Origin: an uncultured Clostridia bacterium
GTDB taxonomy: Bacteria > Bacillota > Clostridia > Oscillospirales > CAG-272
Length of the DNA stretch: 43,262 nucleotides
Assembly (NCBI GenBank): GCA_947625265.1
Contig: CANQNM010000003.1
Location: forward strand, 1-43,262
Reading direction: 5' to 3'
Shown here: in pieces, positions 18,772 through 29,200 of the stretch
Layout of the letters: each line of letters opens with the position of its first letter
How positions within the stretch are numbered: position 1 is the stretch's first letter
Translations under genes and position numbers: made by a program
Notes under the pieces: generated by a model
What the model was told of the DNA's origin: nothing
The model's database searches: none
What the model saw: only the letters and a program-made list of their open reading frames with translations

Positions 18772-19482
18772 ATGGGAAAAGAAGAATTTATACGTTTTGA
18801 GAACGTGAGCAAGATTTACGAAATGGGACAAACCCAAATTTCCGCTTTACATGATGTAACCTTCTCGGTAAACGAAGGGGAATTCTGCGTCATTGTCGGG
18901 GCGTCTGGCGCAGGGAAAACCACGCTTCTGAATATTTTGGGAGGAATGGACGTTCTTACCTCGGGCAGTGTGTTTTTAGACGGCAAAGAGATTTCCCGCT
19001 TTTCCCAAAAAGAACTGACCGCCTACCGGCGTCACGATGTAGGTTTTGTCTTTCAGTTCTACAATCTGGTACCCAATCTAACCGCTCTTGAAAATGTGGA
19101 GTTGGCAGCGCAGATCTGCAAAAAGCCCATGGATCCCGATGAAGTGCTGGAGCGTGTGGGACTGGGTGAACGCAAAGACAATTTCCCGGCGCAACTTTCG
19201 GGGGGAGAACAGCAGCGGGTGGCCATTGCGCGGGCTCTTGCCAAAAACCCAAAGATTCTTCTATGCGACGAACCCACGGGAGCCTTGGACTACAACACTG
19301 GCAAAGCCATTTTAAAACTTTTGTTTGATACCTGTAAAAACAACAAAAAAACCGTGATGGTGATCACGCACAATCAGGCGCTGTGCGCCATGGCCGATCG
19401 GGTGGTGCATGTGCGCAGTGGAAGCGTCACGCAGGTGCAGATCAACGCGCATCCGAAATCGGTAGAGGAAATTGAGTGGTAA
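18772..19482 (+). CDS. ABC transporter ATP-binding protein (MacB/LolD type)
   Basis: [34 protein letters not shown]. Confidence 0.95.
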   Translation: MGKEEFIRFENVSKIYEMGQTQISALHDVTFSVNEGEFCVIVGASGAGKTTLLNILGGMDVLTSGSVFLDGKEISRFSQKELTAYRRHDVGFVFQFYNLVPNLTALENVELAAQICKKPMDPDEVLERVGLGERKDNFPAQLSGGEQQRVAIARALAKNPKILLCDEPTGALDYNTGKAILKLLFDTCKNNKKTVMVITHNQALCAMADRVVHVRSGSVTQVQINAHPKSVEEIEW

Positions 19483-19484
19483 AT

Positions 19485-22412
19485 ATGAGAAAAAAGAAAA
19501 ATCCGCGGTTGGCGATGTTTTTTCGCGAGATAGGCAAAAATCCCGGACGCTATGTGGCGCTGCTTTCCATCATCGCACTGGGCGTCGGCTTTTTTTCCGG
19601 CCTGCGCATCAGCACCGACGACATGATTGAAACTGCCGGCACTTATCTTAAAAAGCAAAATTTCTACGATTTCCGCCTGCTCTCCAGCATCGGTTTCGGA
19701 AATGAGGAAATTCTGGAACTGTCCTCCTCCCCCCTTGTCGAGGCGGCGGAGGGCGGATACAGCGTTGACGCGCTCTATCTGAAAGAAGACGGTTCGGACG
19801 CGGTGGCGAAATTTCATTCCGTGCCCCAACGCCTCAATCTTCTTTCGCTCTCCTGCGGCAGATTGCCGCAAAACGCTTCCGAGTGCGTGGCGGATAGCCG
19901 ATATTTCAGTGAAGAACAGTTGGGGCAACAAGTGCGTCTGTCCCCGAACAATCAAGAGATAAAGGAAAATTTTAAAAGCGAAGAATTCACTGTGGTAGGG
20001 CTGGCGTATACCCCGCTCTACCTCAACTATGAGCGCGGCACCACCTCCCTTGGAACAGGCAGCGTTTCCTGCTATATTTTTCTCCCCTCTGAGGCTTTCA
20101 CAGGGGAAGTTTACACCGAGGCATACCTCTCCCTTTCCGAAAAGAAACGGGCGTATACCGACGACTACGACAATCTCTCCGACGCACGCCGAAATGCCAT
20201 TGAAGAACTCCTTGTTTCGGTATCGTCAAAACGCTATGAGAATCTGAAAAAAGAATTTGTTTCAGAAATTTCCGAAGGCGAAGAGACGCTGAGTGAAAAC
20301 AAAGCCCTGCTGCAGTCTTCGAAAGAGGATCTGAAAAAGTTGGATGACGGTCTTTCAGCAGCGGAAACCGCGATAGCAAACCTGGAAAATGGCATTTTGG
20401 AGGCAGAAAGAGCAATTGCTGCCTTTCCGCAATTTCGGCAGACGCGCTATGCCGAGATTTTAAAAGAACTGTCCGAACAGATAGGAGCCCCCGTCGATGA
20501 GACGCACCCGCTCTTTCTCTTGGCGAAGGAAGAGGCCGACAGGGAGCTTGACGCGAAAGAAAACGAACTGAAAATTCAAAAGGACGAACTTTCAAAGAAC
20601 CTTGAGGATGCCCAAAAAACCAAACAGGAACTGACGCAGACAAGACAATCTGCCATGGAAAAAATTTCTGAATACGAAGCGCTGCTTTCAGACGCCGAAA
20701 AAGAACTTCTTGCTGCAAAGGAAGATTTGGAGGCGTTTGCCCCGCCCAATACCTATGCACTTGACAGGTCCTCAAACGTAGGCTATGTTTGCTTTGAAAA
20801 CGATGCACATATTGTCAAGGGCATCAGCAACGTTTTTCCCGTGTTTTTTTTCCTTGTCGCTTCACTGATCTGTTCTACGACCATGACGCGCATGATCGCC
20901 GATGAAAGGACGCAAATCGGCGTTTTAAAAGCGCTGGGCTACGGTTCCGCCGCCATTATGCAGAAATATCTGCTCTATGCAGGAAGCGCTGCGGTGGTGG
21001 GGACGGCGTTTGGGTATTCTTTGGGAATTCGTTTTATACCGGACATTATCTGGAAAGTTTACGAAATCATGTACGGCAGATTTGCTCCCCTTTCCCACAC
21101 CTTCAGTTTGCCGCTTCTGCTCATCTCCCTCCTTTCCGCCCTCACCTGTTCGGTAGGCGTCACGCTGCTGTGCTGCAAATCCGAACTCTCTGAGACATCC
21201 GCTTCTCTCATTCGTCCAAAGGCACCCAAGGCCGGACGAAGAATTCTCTTAGAGTATATAAAACCTCTTTGGAAAAGAATGTCCTTTTTGCACAAAGTCT
21301 CGGCGCGAAACATCCTCCGCTATCAAAAAAGGCTGTGGATGATGGTGTTGGGCATCGGAGGCTGCACCGCCCTGCTTCTCACAGGCTTCGGCATAAGAGA
21401 CTCTGTTTCAGGGCTCGTGGAGGATCAGTTCGGCGGGATTCTCCACTATGATTACAGCGTCACCATGATCTCGCCGCCGACTTCCGAAGAGCGGAGAGTT
21501 TTCGAAGAAAACTGTGGGGATATCGCTGAAAAGATCCTGTATGTCTTTGAGGGATCCGTGGACTGTTCAAAAGACAAAGCACACAAGACGGCATACATGG
21601 TGGTACCGGAAAATCAGGAAGAACTGTTCGAAACGATGATTTCCCTGCTCGACGGTAAAAAAACAATTCCCTTCCCGGAAAAGGGAAAAGCGGTGATCAA
21701 CAAAAAACTGGCGCAGGAACTGGGCCTAAAGACGGGGGATCATATCACCGTCAATCTGGACGGAGAAAAGAACGCGTCTTTAGAGGTTTCGGGAATCTGC
21801 GACAACTACGTGTACAACTATGTGTACATTTCACCCCAAACCTATTTTGAGGCTTTCTCGGAAGAACCGTCCTTCAAAACAGCGTATATTCTCGCAGCAA
21901 CCGGAACGGATCCCTATCTGGGCGGCGCCAAACTTCTTGAAAGGGATCGTGTGGCCAATGTCACAGTGACAGCCGAAGTGCGAAACCGCATCGGGGGATT
22001 CCTCGAAAACCTGAACTACATTGTGCTCCTTGTCATCGTCTGCGCGGGACTTTTGGCTTTCATTGTGCTCTATAACCTCACCAACATCAACATCACCGAA
22101 CGCACAAGGGAACTGGCCACCATCCGAGTTCTTGGGTTCTACAAAAATGAAAGTGCGTCCTATGTTTTTAGGGAAAACCGTGTCCTTACGCTGCTGGGGG
22201 CGCTGGCAGGATTGGGCATGGGATATTTTCTTCACGCTTTCGTGATGGATCAGATCAAAGTGGACATGGTATCCTTCCATGTACACATCTCTCCTCTCAG
22301 CCTTTTCTATTCCCTGATTCTCACCTTCGTTTTTGAATTTCTCGTGCATCTGCTCATGCGCCGGAAAATCAACCGTATTCCTATGGCTGAAAGTTTAAAA
22401 TCGGTAGAGTGA
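19485..22412 (+). CDS. FtsX-like ABC transporter permease with coiled-coil extracellular insert
   Basis: Two FtsX-type TM blocks (MTRMIADERTQIGVLKALGY; LYNLTNINITERTRELATIRVLGF) and a central heptad-rich segment. Confidence 0.9.
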   Translation: MRKKKNPRLAMFFREIGKNPGRYVALLSIIALGVGFFSGLRISTDDMIETAGTYLKKQNFYDFRLLSSIGFGNEEILELSSSPLVEAAEGGYSVDALYLKEDGSDAVAKFHSVPQRLNLLSLSCGRLPQNASECVADSRYFSEEQLGQQVRLSPNNQEIKENFKSEEFTVVGLAYTPLYLNYERGTTSLGTGSVSCYIFLPSEAFTGEVYTEAYLSLSEKKRAYTDDYDNLSDARRNAIEELLVSVSSKRYENLKKEFVSEISEGEETLSENKALLQSSKEDLKKLDDGLSAAETAIANLENGILEAERAIAAFPQFRQTRYAEILKELSEQIGAPVDETHPLFLLAKEEADRELDAKENELKIQKDELSKNLEDAQKTKQELTQTRQSAMEKISEYEALLSDAEKELLAAKEDLEAFAPPNTYALDRSSNVGYVCFENDAHIVKGISNVFPVFFFLVASLICSTTMTRMIADERTQIGVLKALGYGSAAIMQKYLLYAGSAAVVGTAFGYSLGIRFIPDIIWKVYEIMYGRFAPLSHTFSLPLLLISLLSALTCSVGVTLLCCKSELSETSASLIRPKAPKAGRRILLEYIKPLWKRMSFLHKVSARNILRYQKRLWMMVLGIGGCTALLLTGFGIRDSVSGLVEDQFGGILHYDYSVTMISPPTSEERRVFEENCGDIAEKILYVFEGSVDCSKDKAHKTAYMVVPENQEELFETMISLLDGKKTIPFPEKGKAVINKKLAQELGLKTGDHITVNLDGEKNASLEVSGICDNYVYNYVYISPQTYFEAFSEEPSFKTAYILAATGTDPYLGGAKLLERDRVANVTVTAEVRNRIGGFLENLNYIVLLVIVCAGLLAFIVLYNLTNINITERTRELATIRVLGFYKNESASYVFRENRVLTLLGALAGLGMGYFLHAFVMDQIKVDMVSFHVHISPLSLFYSLILTFVFEFLVHLLMRRKINRIPMAESLKSVE

Positions 22413-22463
22413 AGGCTCAAAAACGGCAAAGCAGAAGGGGAATATCACCATTTCTATAAAAGA

Positions 22464-22493
22464 AAAGACCGAACGGCGCGCCGTTCGGTCTTT
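22464..22493. terminator. Bidirectional terminator (perfect 30-bp palindrome)
   Basis: AAAGACCGAACGGCG/CGCCGTTCGGTCTTT between convergent genes. Confidence 0.7.
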
Positions 22494-22792
22494 GACCGTT
22501 TGAAAACTTGAAGGTTTTAAGGTAACGGAAGCCGAACCGAAAGAACTTCACGCAGTCCATCTTTCGCACTTTTCCGATCTTCATCGCTGTCTTGTGCAAG
22601 CAAGGCTGTCTCCGCACAGAAAATCATCTGAAAAATTCTCCTCATGGAGTGCGCAAAAGTTTCCGACCAGCGAATTTTTGTTTAGGCAAGAAAAAGACCG
22701 CAGGAAATATTTTCTGTATTTTCAAGAATTTTTTTGCCCAATGGACAAAAATCCGACGCCGTTCACCAGTTCCGGTTCTACTCCCGGCGTCT

Positions 22793-24727
22793 TTACCGCA
22801 TTGCCCGCATAGCGTTGAGAATCGCAAGAACCGAAACACCCACATCGGCGAACACCGCGAATTCCCCCGCATATCCCTCAAGAACCGAAAGCGCAGGAAG
22901 CACCGCTGCCAAACCCAACAGGATAAGCACGCCGAATTTTACAACCAGTGCAAGGATAATGTTCTCCTTTACCAACCTCATGGTTTTTCGGCAGAGTCTT
23001 ATGGCCTTAGGAACATCCGACGGTCTGTCGTTCATAAGCACCACATCTGCCGCTTCCACGGCGGCGTCCGACCCAAATGCGCCCATGGCGATACCCACAT
23101 CGGCTCCAGCCAGCACCGGCGCGTCGTTGATTCCGTCGCCCACAAAGGCCACTGTAAAGTTTCCGGAAGACTGCCCGTCCTGTGCGGCGGGTTCCCTTAC
23201 AAGACGCACCTTGTCTTCCGGAAGCAACTGCGCATGGTATGCGTCCAAATCTAAGAACCGTACCGTTTCCCTTGCGTTTTCGGCGCGATCCCCCGTCAGC
23301 ATCACCCGCCGAATCCCCAGATCCTTCAGTTCTTTGAGCGCCTGGACGCTGTCCTCTTTCAACGTGTCCGACGCAAGAATGCAGCCGATATATTCGCCGT
23401 CGCGCGCAAGGTATACGGCGCTCCCCTTGGAACTTTCCGGAATGCTTTGCTCAATTCCCAGTTCCTTCATCATTCTCAGGTTTCCCGCACAGATTTTTCT
23501 TCCCTGAACCGTCGCCGCAACGCCCCTGCCTGCGAGTTCCTTATACTCCGAAACTTCCGGCAACGGCCCATCTCCGTATTCCTCCCGAATCGCTTTTGCA
23601 AGAGGGTGCGTACTGTATTTCTCCACCGCCGCCGCAAGACACAGAAGTTCTTCTTTTGAACAGTGTTCCGGTAAAAGTTCCTTCACCGAAAAACTGCCTT
23701 TCGTGAGCGTGCCCGTCTTGTCAAAGAAGACCGTTTTACATTTGGACAGCCTTTCCACATAGACGGAACCTTTCATAAGAATACCCTTAGAGCACGCTCC
23801 GCCGATACATCCAAAAAAGGACATGGGCACTGAAATGACCAAAGCGCAGGGACAGGAGACAATCAAAAACATCAACGCCGCGTGTATAAAAGGGCGCCAT
23901 GTGTGCGCGAATCCCCAATTTCCTCCGGAAAGTCCCATGGCCAGCGGTGGGATCAGCGCCATGAGCAACGCGACGCCTGTCACCAAAGGAGTATAAACTC
24001 TTGAAAACGCGGTGATAAAATTTTCGCTTTTCGACTTGTTCAGCCCGGCGCTCTCCACCAATTCCATGATTCTGCGCACAGTGCTTTGCGAAAACGGTTT
24101 GACGACTTTGATGCGCAGCGCCCCGGACAGATTGACACATCCCGAAACCACTTCGTCCCCCTCGGTCACCTCTCGGGGAAGGCTTTCCCCGGTAAGTGCG
24201 GCAGTGTTCAGTTCTGAAGTTCCTTCAATCACCACGCCGTCCAGCGGCACCCGCTCGCCGGGCCGAACAAGAACCGTCTGTCCAACCTGAACCTCCTCCG
24301 GGGATACGCTCTCCGTCGTCCCGTTTTTCTCCAGATTTGCAAGTTCCGGCATCATATTCAAAAGCGAGGACACAGATCTTCTCGATTTACCCACCGCAAT
24401 GCTCTGAAACAGTTCCCCAACTTTATAGAAAATCATGATCGCCGCCGCCTCATGCGCCTCTCCTGCATCCTTTTCCACAACACAGAGAAGCAGCGCTCCC
24501 AAAGAGGCCACACTCATAAGAAATGTCTCATCGAAAATTTGGCCGGAAAACAGTCTGCTTACCGCCGACCACAGCACATCGTAACCGATGAAAAGGTAGG
24601 GGATCGTCATAGTGAGCACACCCGCCCAAAAAGGAGGGTTCCAAATGGCATTCACAGCCAGCGCCCCGAAAAACAGAATCAGAGACAAAAGAATTCTAAG
24701 CAGCGTCTTTTTTTGACTGCCTGTCAT
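22793..24727 (-). CDS. cadA: Heavy-metal (Zn/Cd-type) P1B ATPase
   Basis: TGES, SCPCAL, DKTGTLT, HP, TGD and GDGIND motifs, plus Lys and Asp in the last TM helices. No N-terminal HMA domain. Confidence 0.9.
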   Translation of the reverse strand: MTGSQKKTLLRILLSLILFFGALAVNAIWNPPFWAGVLTMTIPYLFIGYDVLWSAVSRLFSGQIFDETFLMSVASLGALLLCVVEKDAGEAHEAAAIMIFYKVGELFQSIAVGKSRRSVSSLLNMMPELANLEKNGTTESVSPEEVQVGQTVLVRPGERVPLDGVVIEGTSELNTAALTGESLPREVTEGDEVVSGCVNLSGALRIKVVKPFSQSTVRRIMELVESAGLNKSKSENFITAFSRVYTPLVTGVALLMALIPPLAMGLSGGNWGFAHTWRPFIHAALMFLIVSCPCALVISVPMSFFGCIGGACSKGILMKGSVYVERLSKCKTVFFDKTGTLTKGSFSVKELLPEHCSKEELLCLAAAVEKYSTHPLAKAIREEYGDGPLPEVSEYKELAGRGVAATVQGRKICAGNLRMMKELGIEQSIPESSKGSAVYLARDGEYIGCILASDTLKEDSVQALKELKDLGIRRVMLTGDRAENARETVRFLDLDAYHAQLLPEDKVRLVREPAAQDGQSSGNFTVAFVGDGINDAPVLAGADVGIAMGAFGSDAAVEAADVVLMNDRPSDVPKAIRLCRKTMRLVKENIILALVVKFGVLILLGLAAVLPALSVLEGYAGEFAVFADVGVSVLAILNAMRAMR

Positions 24728-24788
24728 GCAAAGCACCCCTTTTTTGAAAATTTTCGCCTCTCAGCAAAGAAAACCGAATGTAAACCGT

Positions 24789-25004
24789 TCATTTTACAAC
24801 ACAGTCCTTTTCCACAGAACGCACTGCTTCGCGCACTTTTTCAAGGATACCCTTCTCGTCTCCGTCTTCACAGTCAAGGATCATTTTCTGTGCCATGAAA
24901 CTGATGGAAACAGAGTGCACTCCCTCGATTTTCGAAATTTTGCGCTCCATTTTTTCGGCGCAGTGCGCGCATTCCAGATTCTCCATTTTTAAAACCTTTA
25001 CCAT
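24789..25004 (-). CDS. Heavy-metal-associated (HMA) domain protein
   Basis: LECAHCAEKME CxxC motif; RBS GGAGG before ATG 25004. Confidence 0.88.
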   Translation of the reverse strand: MVKVLKMENLECAHCAEKMERKISKIEGVHSVSISFMAQKMILDCEDGDEKGILEKVREAVRSVEKDCVVK

Positions 25005-25331
25005 TGCTTTTCTTCCTCCCAGAATATGAATGTAACCATGGACATACTTTGACGCCACGAAAAGTTTTTATTTTTTTACTTTCCAAACGGTGTGATCCCG
25101 AAAATTTCGCGGCGTTTTAAAAGCGGGTTTCAAACAGACAGCAGTTTCCGGTGTCTAACCGTTTCTGCGACTTTATGGCTTACGGTTTTGCGGCCTTTAC
25201 AGTCCCGCAGATTTATTCTCCCGATTTCTGCGTCTTTGCACCGTTCCCCGTACAACGCCGCACTGCCCGCCTTTACCTTTCTAACGTTCGGACATTTTCT
25301 CCCCACATATTCGCGGTTACGTCTCGCCGGT

Positions 25332-25715
25332 TCACTCTGACACATGGTCCAGTCCCAACAGCAAAATCATCCGCACATGTTCGTCACACAAACTGTAAAA
25401 AACGCTTTTTCCCTCTCTGCGACAGCGCACCAGCCGCGCCCCCTTTAAAATTCTCAGAGAGTGGGACACCGCCGACATGCTCATTTGCAGCCGGTCCGAC
25501 AAACCGCCCACACCCGCTTCCCCATCCAAAAGGACGCTGAGAATCCGAATGCGCGTTTCATCCGCAAAAATTTTGTAGAGCTGCGCCAATTCGTACAGCA
25601 GCTCCTCATTGGCAATCCGTTCTTCTTCCCCCTCTGGAATATCTCCGGGATTGAACCGCACACCACTTCGTTCCAATCCCTCCTCTCCGTCAGCGTGAAG
25701 GATCTCTTTTTCCAC
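25332..25715 (-). CDS. ArsR/SmtB-family metalloregulator (alpha5 Zn/Co-type site)
   Basis: FADETRIRIL, SAVSHSLRILK, RREGKSVFYSL; alpha5 site D-x-H-x10-H-x2-E (DEHV..DHVSE). The alpha3 ELCVCD cysteines are absent (EAGVGG). Confidence 0.9.
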   Translation of the reverse strand: MEKEILHADGEEGLERSGVRFNPGDIPEGEEERIANEELLYELAQLYKIFADETRIRILSVLLDGEAGVGGLSDRLQMSMSAVSHSLRILKGARLVRCRREGKSVFYSLCDEHVRMILLLGLDHVSE

Positions 25716-25801
25716 TACAGTTCCTCCTTTCGTTTACATACGCATACCTGCATACGTATGGTTTTTTTGAAACATCCCTGCGTGTCGAAATCAAATATCA
25801 T

Positions 25802-25858
25802 TTGAACAATTGTTCAACTGTTCTATAACAGTATACAGCATACAACCGGTTTTGTCAA
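25802..25858 (-). promoter_or_regulatory. sigmaA promoter plus SmtB/CzrA-like operator of the metal-efflux operon
   Basis: TTGACA(25853-58)-17 bp-TATACT(25830-35); perfect palindrome TTGAACAATTGTTCAA at 25802-25817 just downstream, matching the TGAACA-NN-TGTTCA box. Confidence 0.8.
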
Positions 25859-25872
25859 GAGGAAACTGAAAA

Positions 25873-25993
25873 TTTTTTTACAGATCAATTTACAGGTCAA
25901 CTTTTTGCGGGTCAACTTTTTTACAGGTCAACTTTTTGTAGGTCAACTTTTTGCGGGTCAACTTTTTTAGGGGTCAATTTTTTTACAGGTCAA
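25873..25993. repeat. Tandem array of 8 imperfect 12-16-bp units (T-tract + GGTCAA)
   Basis: Units end at 25888 (GATCAA), 25900, 25915, 25931, 25946, 25961, 25977 and 25993; consensus about CTTTTT(T)RYRGGTCAA. Confidence 0.92.
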
Positions 25994-26321
25994 CGCCGTG
26001 AAAGTCATGGGTACGCTCTCGGCGGCGCCCCCGCGTTCTTCCGTCACGCTGTGCCGCACAATTTTCACAAATGATCCGAGCAAAAGATCTGGCAGTTTGA
26101 AAATGACGGCGTCCGATTTTACGACGCTTTGCGAAAAATTCACCGACTCGAAGTGGACCTGTCAACCTGCCCCACAGCATACAGCACTCTCCTATGATCG
26201 GTCAACATGTATGACGGCGCGGAACGCTGCAAAATCAGGCGGCGAAGTTTTCGTTGTCCCAGCCTTCTTCACCGCAGCGAGGGGGGTACGAAAGAATTCA
26301 CAAAAGGTTTTTCAGTTTTAC

Positions 26322-26350
26322 TTGTGTTTTGATCTTTTTTGCTGTATAAT
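26322..26350 (+). promoter_or_regulatory. Probable sigmaA promoter of CotH-family gene
   Basis: TTGTGT-17 bp-TATAAT. Confidence 0.55.
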
Positions 26351-26490
26351 AAGTGGGCTATGGCAGGCGCGCAGAATGCAAAGTCGGTAAGGCGTCGCCG
26401 CCATCCGGGACCTTTTCAAGAAAGGAACGCGCGGAAGCCCATCGCCGGACGCCCCCAGCGCCCGTGCGATAATCCGCCATGCATCCATCC

Positions 26491-28206
26491 ATGAAAAAAA
26501 TTTTTTCGCTTCTCCTGATATTTGCCTTTATTTTGGGAACACTGCTCTCCTGCGGCAATTCTCAATCCACCGTCAATACCCATGGAAGCACCCACCGTCC
26601 ATCGCCCGACGGGAATAACTGGATCTATGACGACAGTTCTCCCGATCCCTCTTCCACACCCGCAAAGGATCCGTCCAAAGGGGTGCAGGTTCGCTATGTC
26701 TGCGCTCCCGTAGGGGCGGGCGTCATTGACGGAACCGCCACGCAATATATCAAATCCGGCGGATACACCGAACGCGTCACCGCTATTCCTCTCTACGGCT
26801 ACATGTTCACCGGCTGGTCGGACGGTAAGACCGAGCGGTCAAGAGTTGCGGACAGCGCCAAAGAGGATGTGGTGTACACCGCCAACTTCGCGCCGGTGGA
26901 AGTTCCCGTCAAACTCACTGTGCCCGACGTTTATGTCAATACCTCGTCCGGGGGGGACATTCGTTACAAGAGTTACGAGCGCGCCACGGTGACCGTCACA
27001 GGCGCGGATAAGGACAAATACAATTTCACGGCGGCGGGCGCGAACATTAAAGGCAGAGGAAACTCCTCCTGGAGTTCGTCTTATATCGGAAAAACTCTGG
27101 GACAGAACCGTTGGACAACCACCGGCAAAAAGTATGAAACGGTGTCGGAAACCGAGATGTATAAAACGAAGAATTCCTATACTCTGAAATTCGACGAAGC
27201 GGTCAATCTCCTCGGCATCGGCAACGGAAAGAACAAAGATTGGATTCTTCAGTCCAACAAATACGACATCTCCAACCTCCGCAACAAATTCATCTACATG
27301 CTTGCGGAAAAGATGGGAACACTCACATGGGTCACCCACTGCGCCTGGGTCAATCTTTATATCAATGGGGAGTATAGAGGACTGTACATGATTCAGGAAA
27401 AGGTCGAAGCAGCCAATGACCGGGTAAACATCGACGACAGCGGCACCGACCCCGACAAGGGATATCTGATCGAACTGGACTTCCGCGCCGGCAGTGATTC
27501 CAGCAAAAAGGAAGGACTGGACTATTTCTATATCCCGGAATTTCACAAAAACGACAGCAACAAAAGAGAATTCGACATAGTGAGCGAACATTCCACCGAG
27601 GCGGAATGCTCCTTCATACAGGACTATATGATCCGGGTAGACGCCGCCATCCGTTCTCATGACAAAGAGCGCATTGAGGAATTGGTGGATCTCTATTCGC
27701 TTGTGGATATTTTCATCATTGAAGAAATCGCCAAGGACTGCGACTGGGGAGCAACGTCCTTTTACATGTATAAGGAAAAGGGCGGAAAACTTTATTTCAC
27801 TTCGCCTTGGGATTTCGATCTCTGCATGGGCAGTTACAGTGTCTCCCTGACTCTTCCGGGACTGGTGAGCGCGCACTATGGCAACGAGTGGTTCATCGAA
27901 TTGCACGACGTCAAATGGTTTGTAAACATGGTGCAGGCGCGAATGACGTCGCTGGAGGGAGCCATCGACGACTGTCTTGTGATGCTTCAAAAATACGCAC
28001 TGGCTCTCAAGCCCTATGTGGATCGCAACAATGAGCGCTGGAATGTCTACGGAGTAAACTATCATGAATATGTCTCCCCCCAGGTTTCCGGACTGCTGTG
28101 CACTTACGAAGAACATGTAGCGTTCATCTACGACTGGATTCTCTACAGATGGGACGATCTGCGCAAATACTACCCGCCAAACAGCACCTCCCCCCTGCTC
28201 AAATAA
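26491..28206 (+). CDS. CotH kinase-family lipoprotein with InlB B-repeat-like domain
   Basis: Signal peptide with lipobox LLSC; GYMFTGWSD..YTANF repeat; IKGRGNSSW, NLYINGEYRGLYMIQEKV, GYLIELD and SPWDFDL CotH motifs. Confidence 0.88.
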   Translation: MKKIFSLLLIFAFILGTLLSCGNSQSTVNTHGSTHRPSPDGNNWIYDDSSPDPSSTPAKDPSKGVQVRYVCAPVGAGVIDGTATQYIKSGGYTERVTAIPLYGYMFTGWSDGKTERSRVADSAKEDVVYTANFAPVEVPVKLTVPDVYVNTSSGGDIRYKSYERATVTVTGADKDKYNFTAAGANIKGRGNSSWSSSYIGKTLGQNRWTTTGKKYETVSETEMYKTKNSYTLKFDEAVNLLGIGNGKNKDWILQSNKYDISNLRNKFIYMLAEKMGTLTWVTHCAWVNLYINGEYRGLYMIQEKVEAANDRVNIDDSGTDPDKGYLIELDFRAGSDSSKKEGLDYFYIPEFHKNDSNKREFDIVSEHSTEAECSFIQDYMIRVDAAIRSHDKERIEELVDLYSLVDIFIIEEIAKDCDWGATSFYMYKEKGGKLYFTSPWDFDLCMGSYSVSLTLPGLVSAHYGNEWFIELHDVKWFVNMVQARMTSLEGAIDDCLVMLQKYALALKPYVDRNNERWNVYGVNYHEYVSPQVSGLLCTYEEHVAFIYDWILYRWDDLRKYYPPNSTSPLLK

Positions 28207-28210
28207 AACG

Positions 28211-28253
28211 CCGGGACTGTTCCAACGGTTTGGACGGTCCCGGTTCTCTTTTT
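28211..28253 (+). terminator. Intrinsic terminator after CotH gene
   Basis: CCGGGACTGT..ACGGTCCCGG stem followed by TTCTCTTTTT. Confidence 0.7.
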
Positions 28254-28516
28254 GGCGTTTCCTTCAAATTTGAACCCTTTTGCGGTTGGGTTCGCTTTCT
28301 GCGCCGCCACTGTATGTCTTTAAAGTCCGAAGGTTTTGCGCGCCATTCTTTCGCGTGCGTTTAAAAGCGTTCTCAGAGAATTTTTTGCCGAATGGAGGAA
28401 AATCCGCTGATGCAAACCTGCTCCGGTTCCACTCCCACCACCTTCAAAGGTCCTTGGCGTTTTCCGGCTGCTTGAAAAATTTCTTCAAGCGTTTTTTTAA
28501 AGCCGCCTTTTCGGAT

Positions 28517-29200
28517 TCAGCGAGCGTTTTCAAAGTAAGCGCACAGAACTTTTGCGGAATTGTCCGCAGCGAGTTTTTTGAAACTTTCATAGTCCATGGC
28601 GCCGCCTGCGCCATCGGAAATGCATCGCAAAATGGCACAGGGAGTTTTGTTCACGAAACACACCTGCGCGATCGCCTGCCCTTCCATTTCACAGGCAATC
28701 GCCGAAAAATTCTCCCGGATCTCACGTTTTCTCCCATTCTCGCAAACAAACTGATCTCCCGAAGCGATGACGCCCCTCTTTGCTCTGACGCCCAGCCGTT
28801 CGCAGATATCCAGAAGTTCCTCGCTCATTGGGACGTCAAGGGGAATTCGCACCGTATTCAGCCCCGAAATCCACCCTATGGGATCGCCCAAAGGCGACGT
28901 GTCCATGTCATGACAAACGGCGGCACTACCCACCGCCATATCTCCTACCGACAGTTCCCCGTCCAGCGCACCCGCCACTCCCGTGTTGATCACCGCATCG
29001 GGAGCGTAACGCAGAATCATTGCCTCGGCACAAAGCGCAGCAAATGTCTTACCGATGCCGCACACTGCCAGCACTGCATCCTTTCCAAAAAGTTTTCCGC
29101 CGGTAAAACGAACGCCTGAGATCTGTTCCTCCCACCGCTCGGCAAGACGGCTCTCCAATCTCTCGATCTCCAGATCCATTGCTCCGATGATTCCAATCAT
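28517..29200 (-). CDS. mtnN: 5'-methylthioadenosine/S-adenosylhomocysteine nucleosidase
   Basis: MIGIIGAMDLE, CGIGK, INTGVAG, SGDQF, EMEG and RCISD motifs; downstream of luxS. Confidence 0.93.
   Translation of the reverse strand: MIGIIGAMDLEIERLESRLAERWEEQISGVRFTGGKLFGKDAVLAVCGIGKTFAALCAEAMILRYAPDAVINTGVAGALDGELSVGDMAVGSAAVCHDMDTSPLGDPIGWISGLNTVRIPLDVPMSEELLDICERLGVRAKRGVIASGDQFVCENGRKREIRENFSAIACEMEGQAIAQVCFVNKTPCAILRCISDGAGGAMDYESFKKLAADNSAKVLCAYFENAR

Noticed and set aside
25873-25993. Possible CRISPR array or replication iterons
   Set aside because: Units are only 12-16 bp with no unique spacers, and there is no cas or rep gene in the window.
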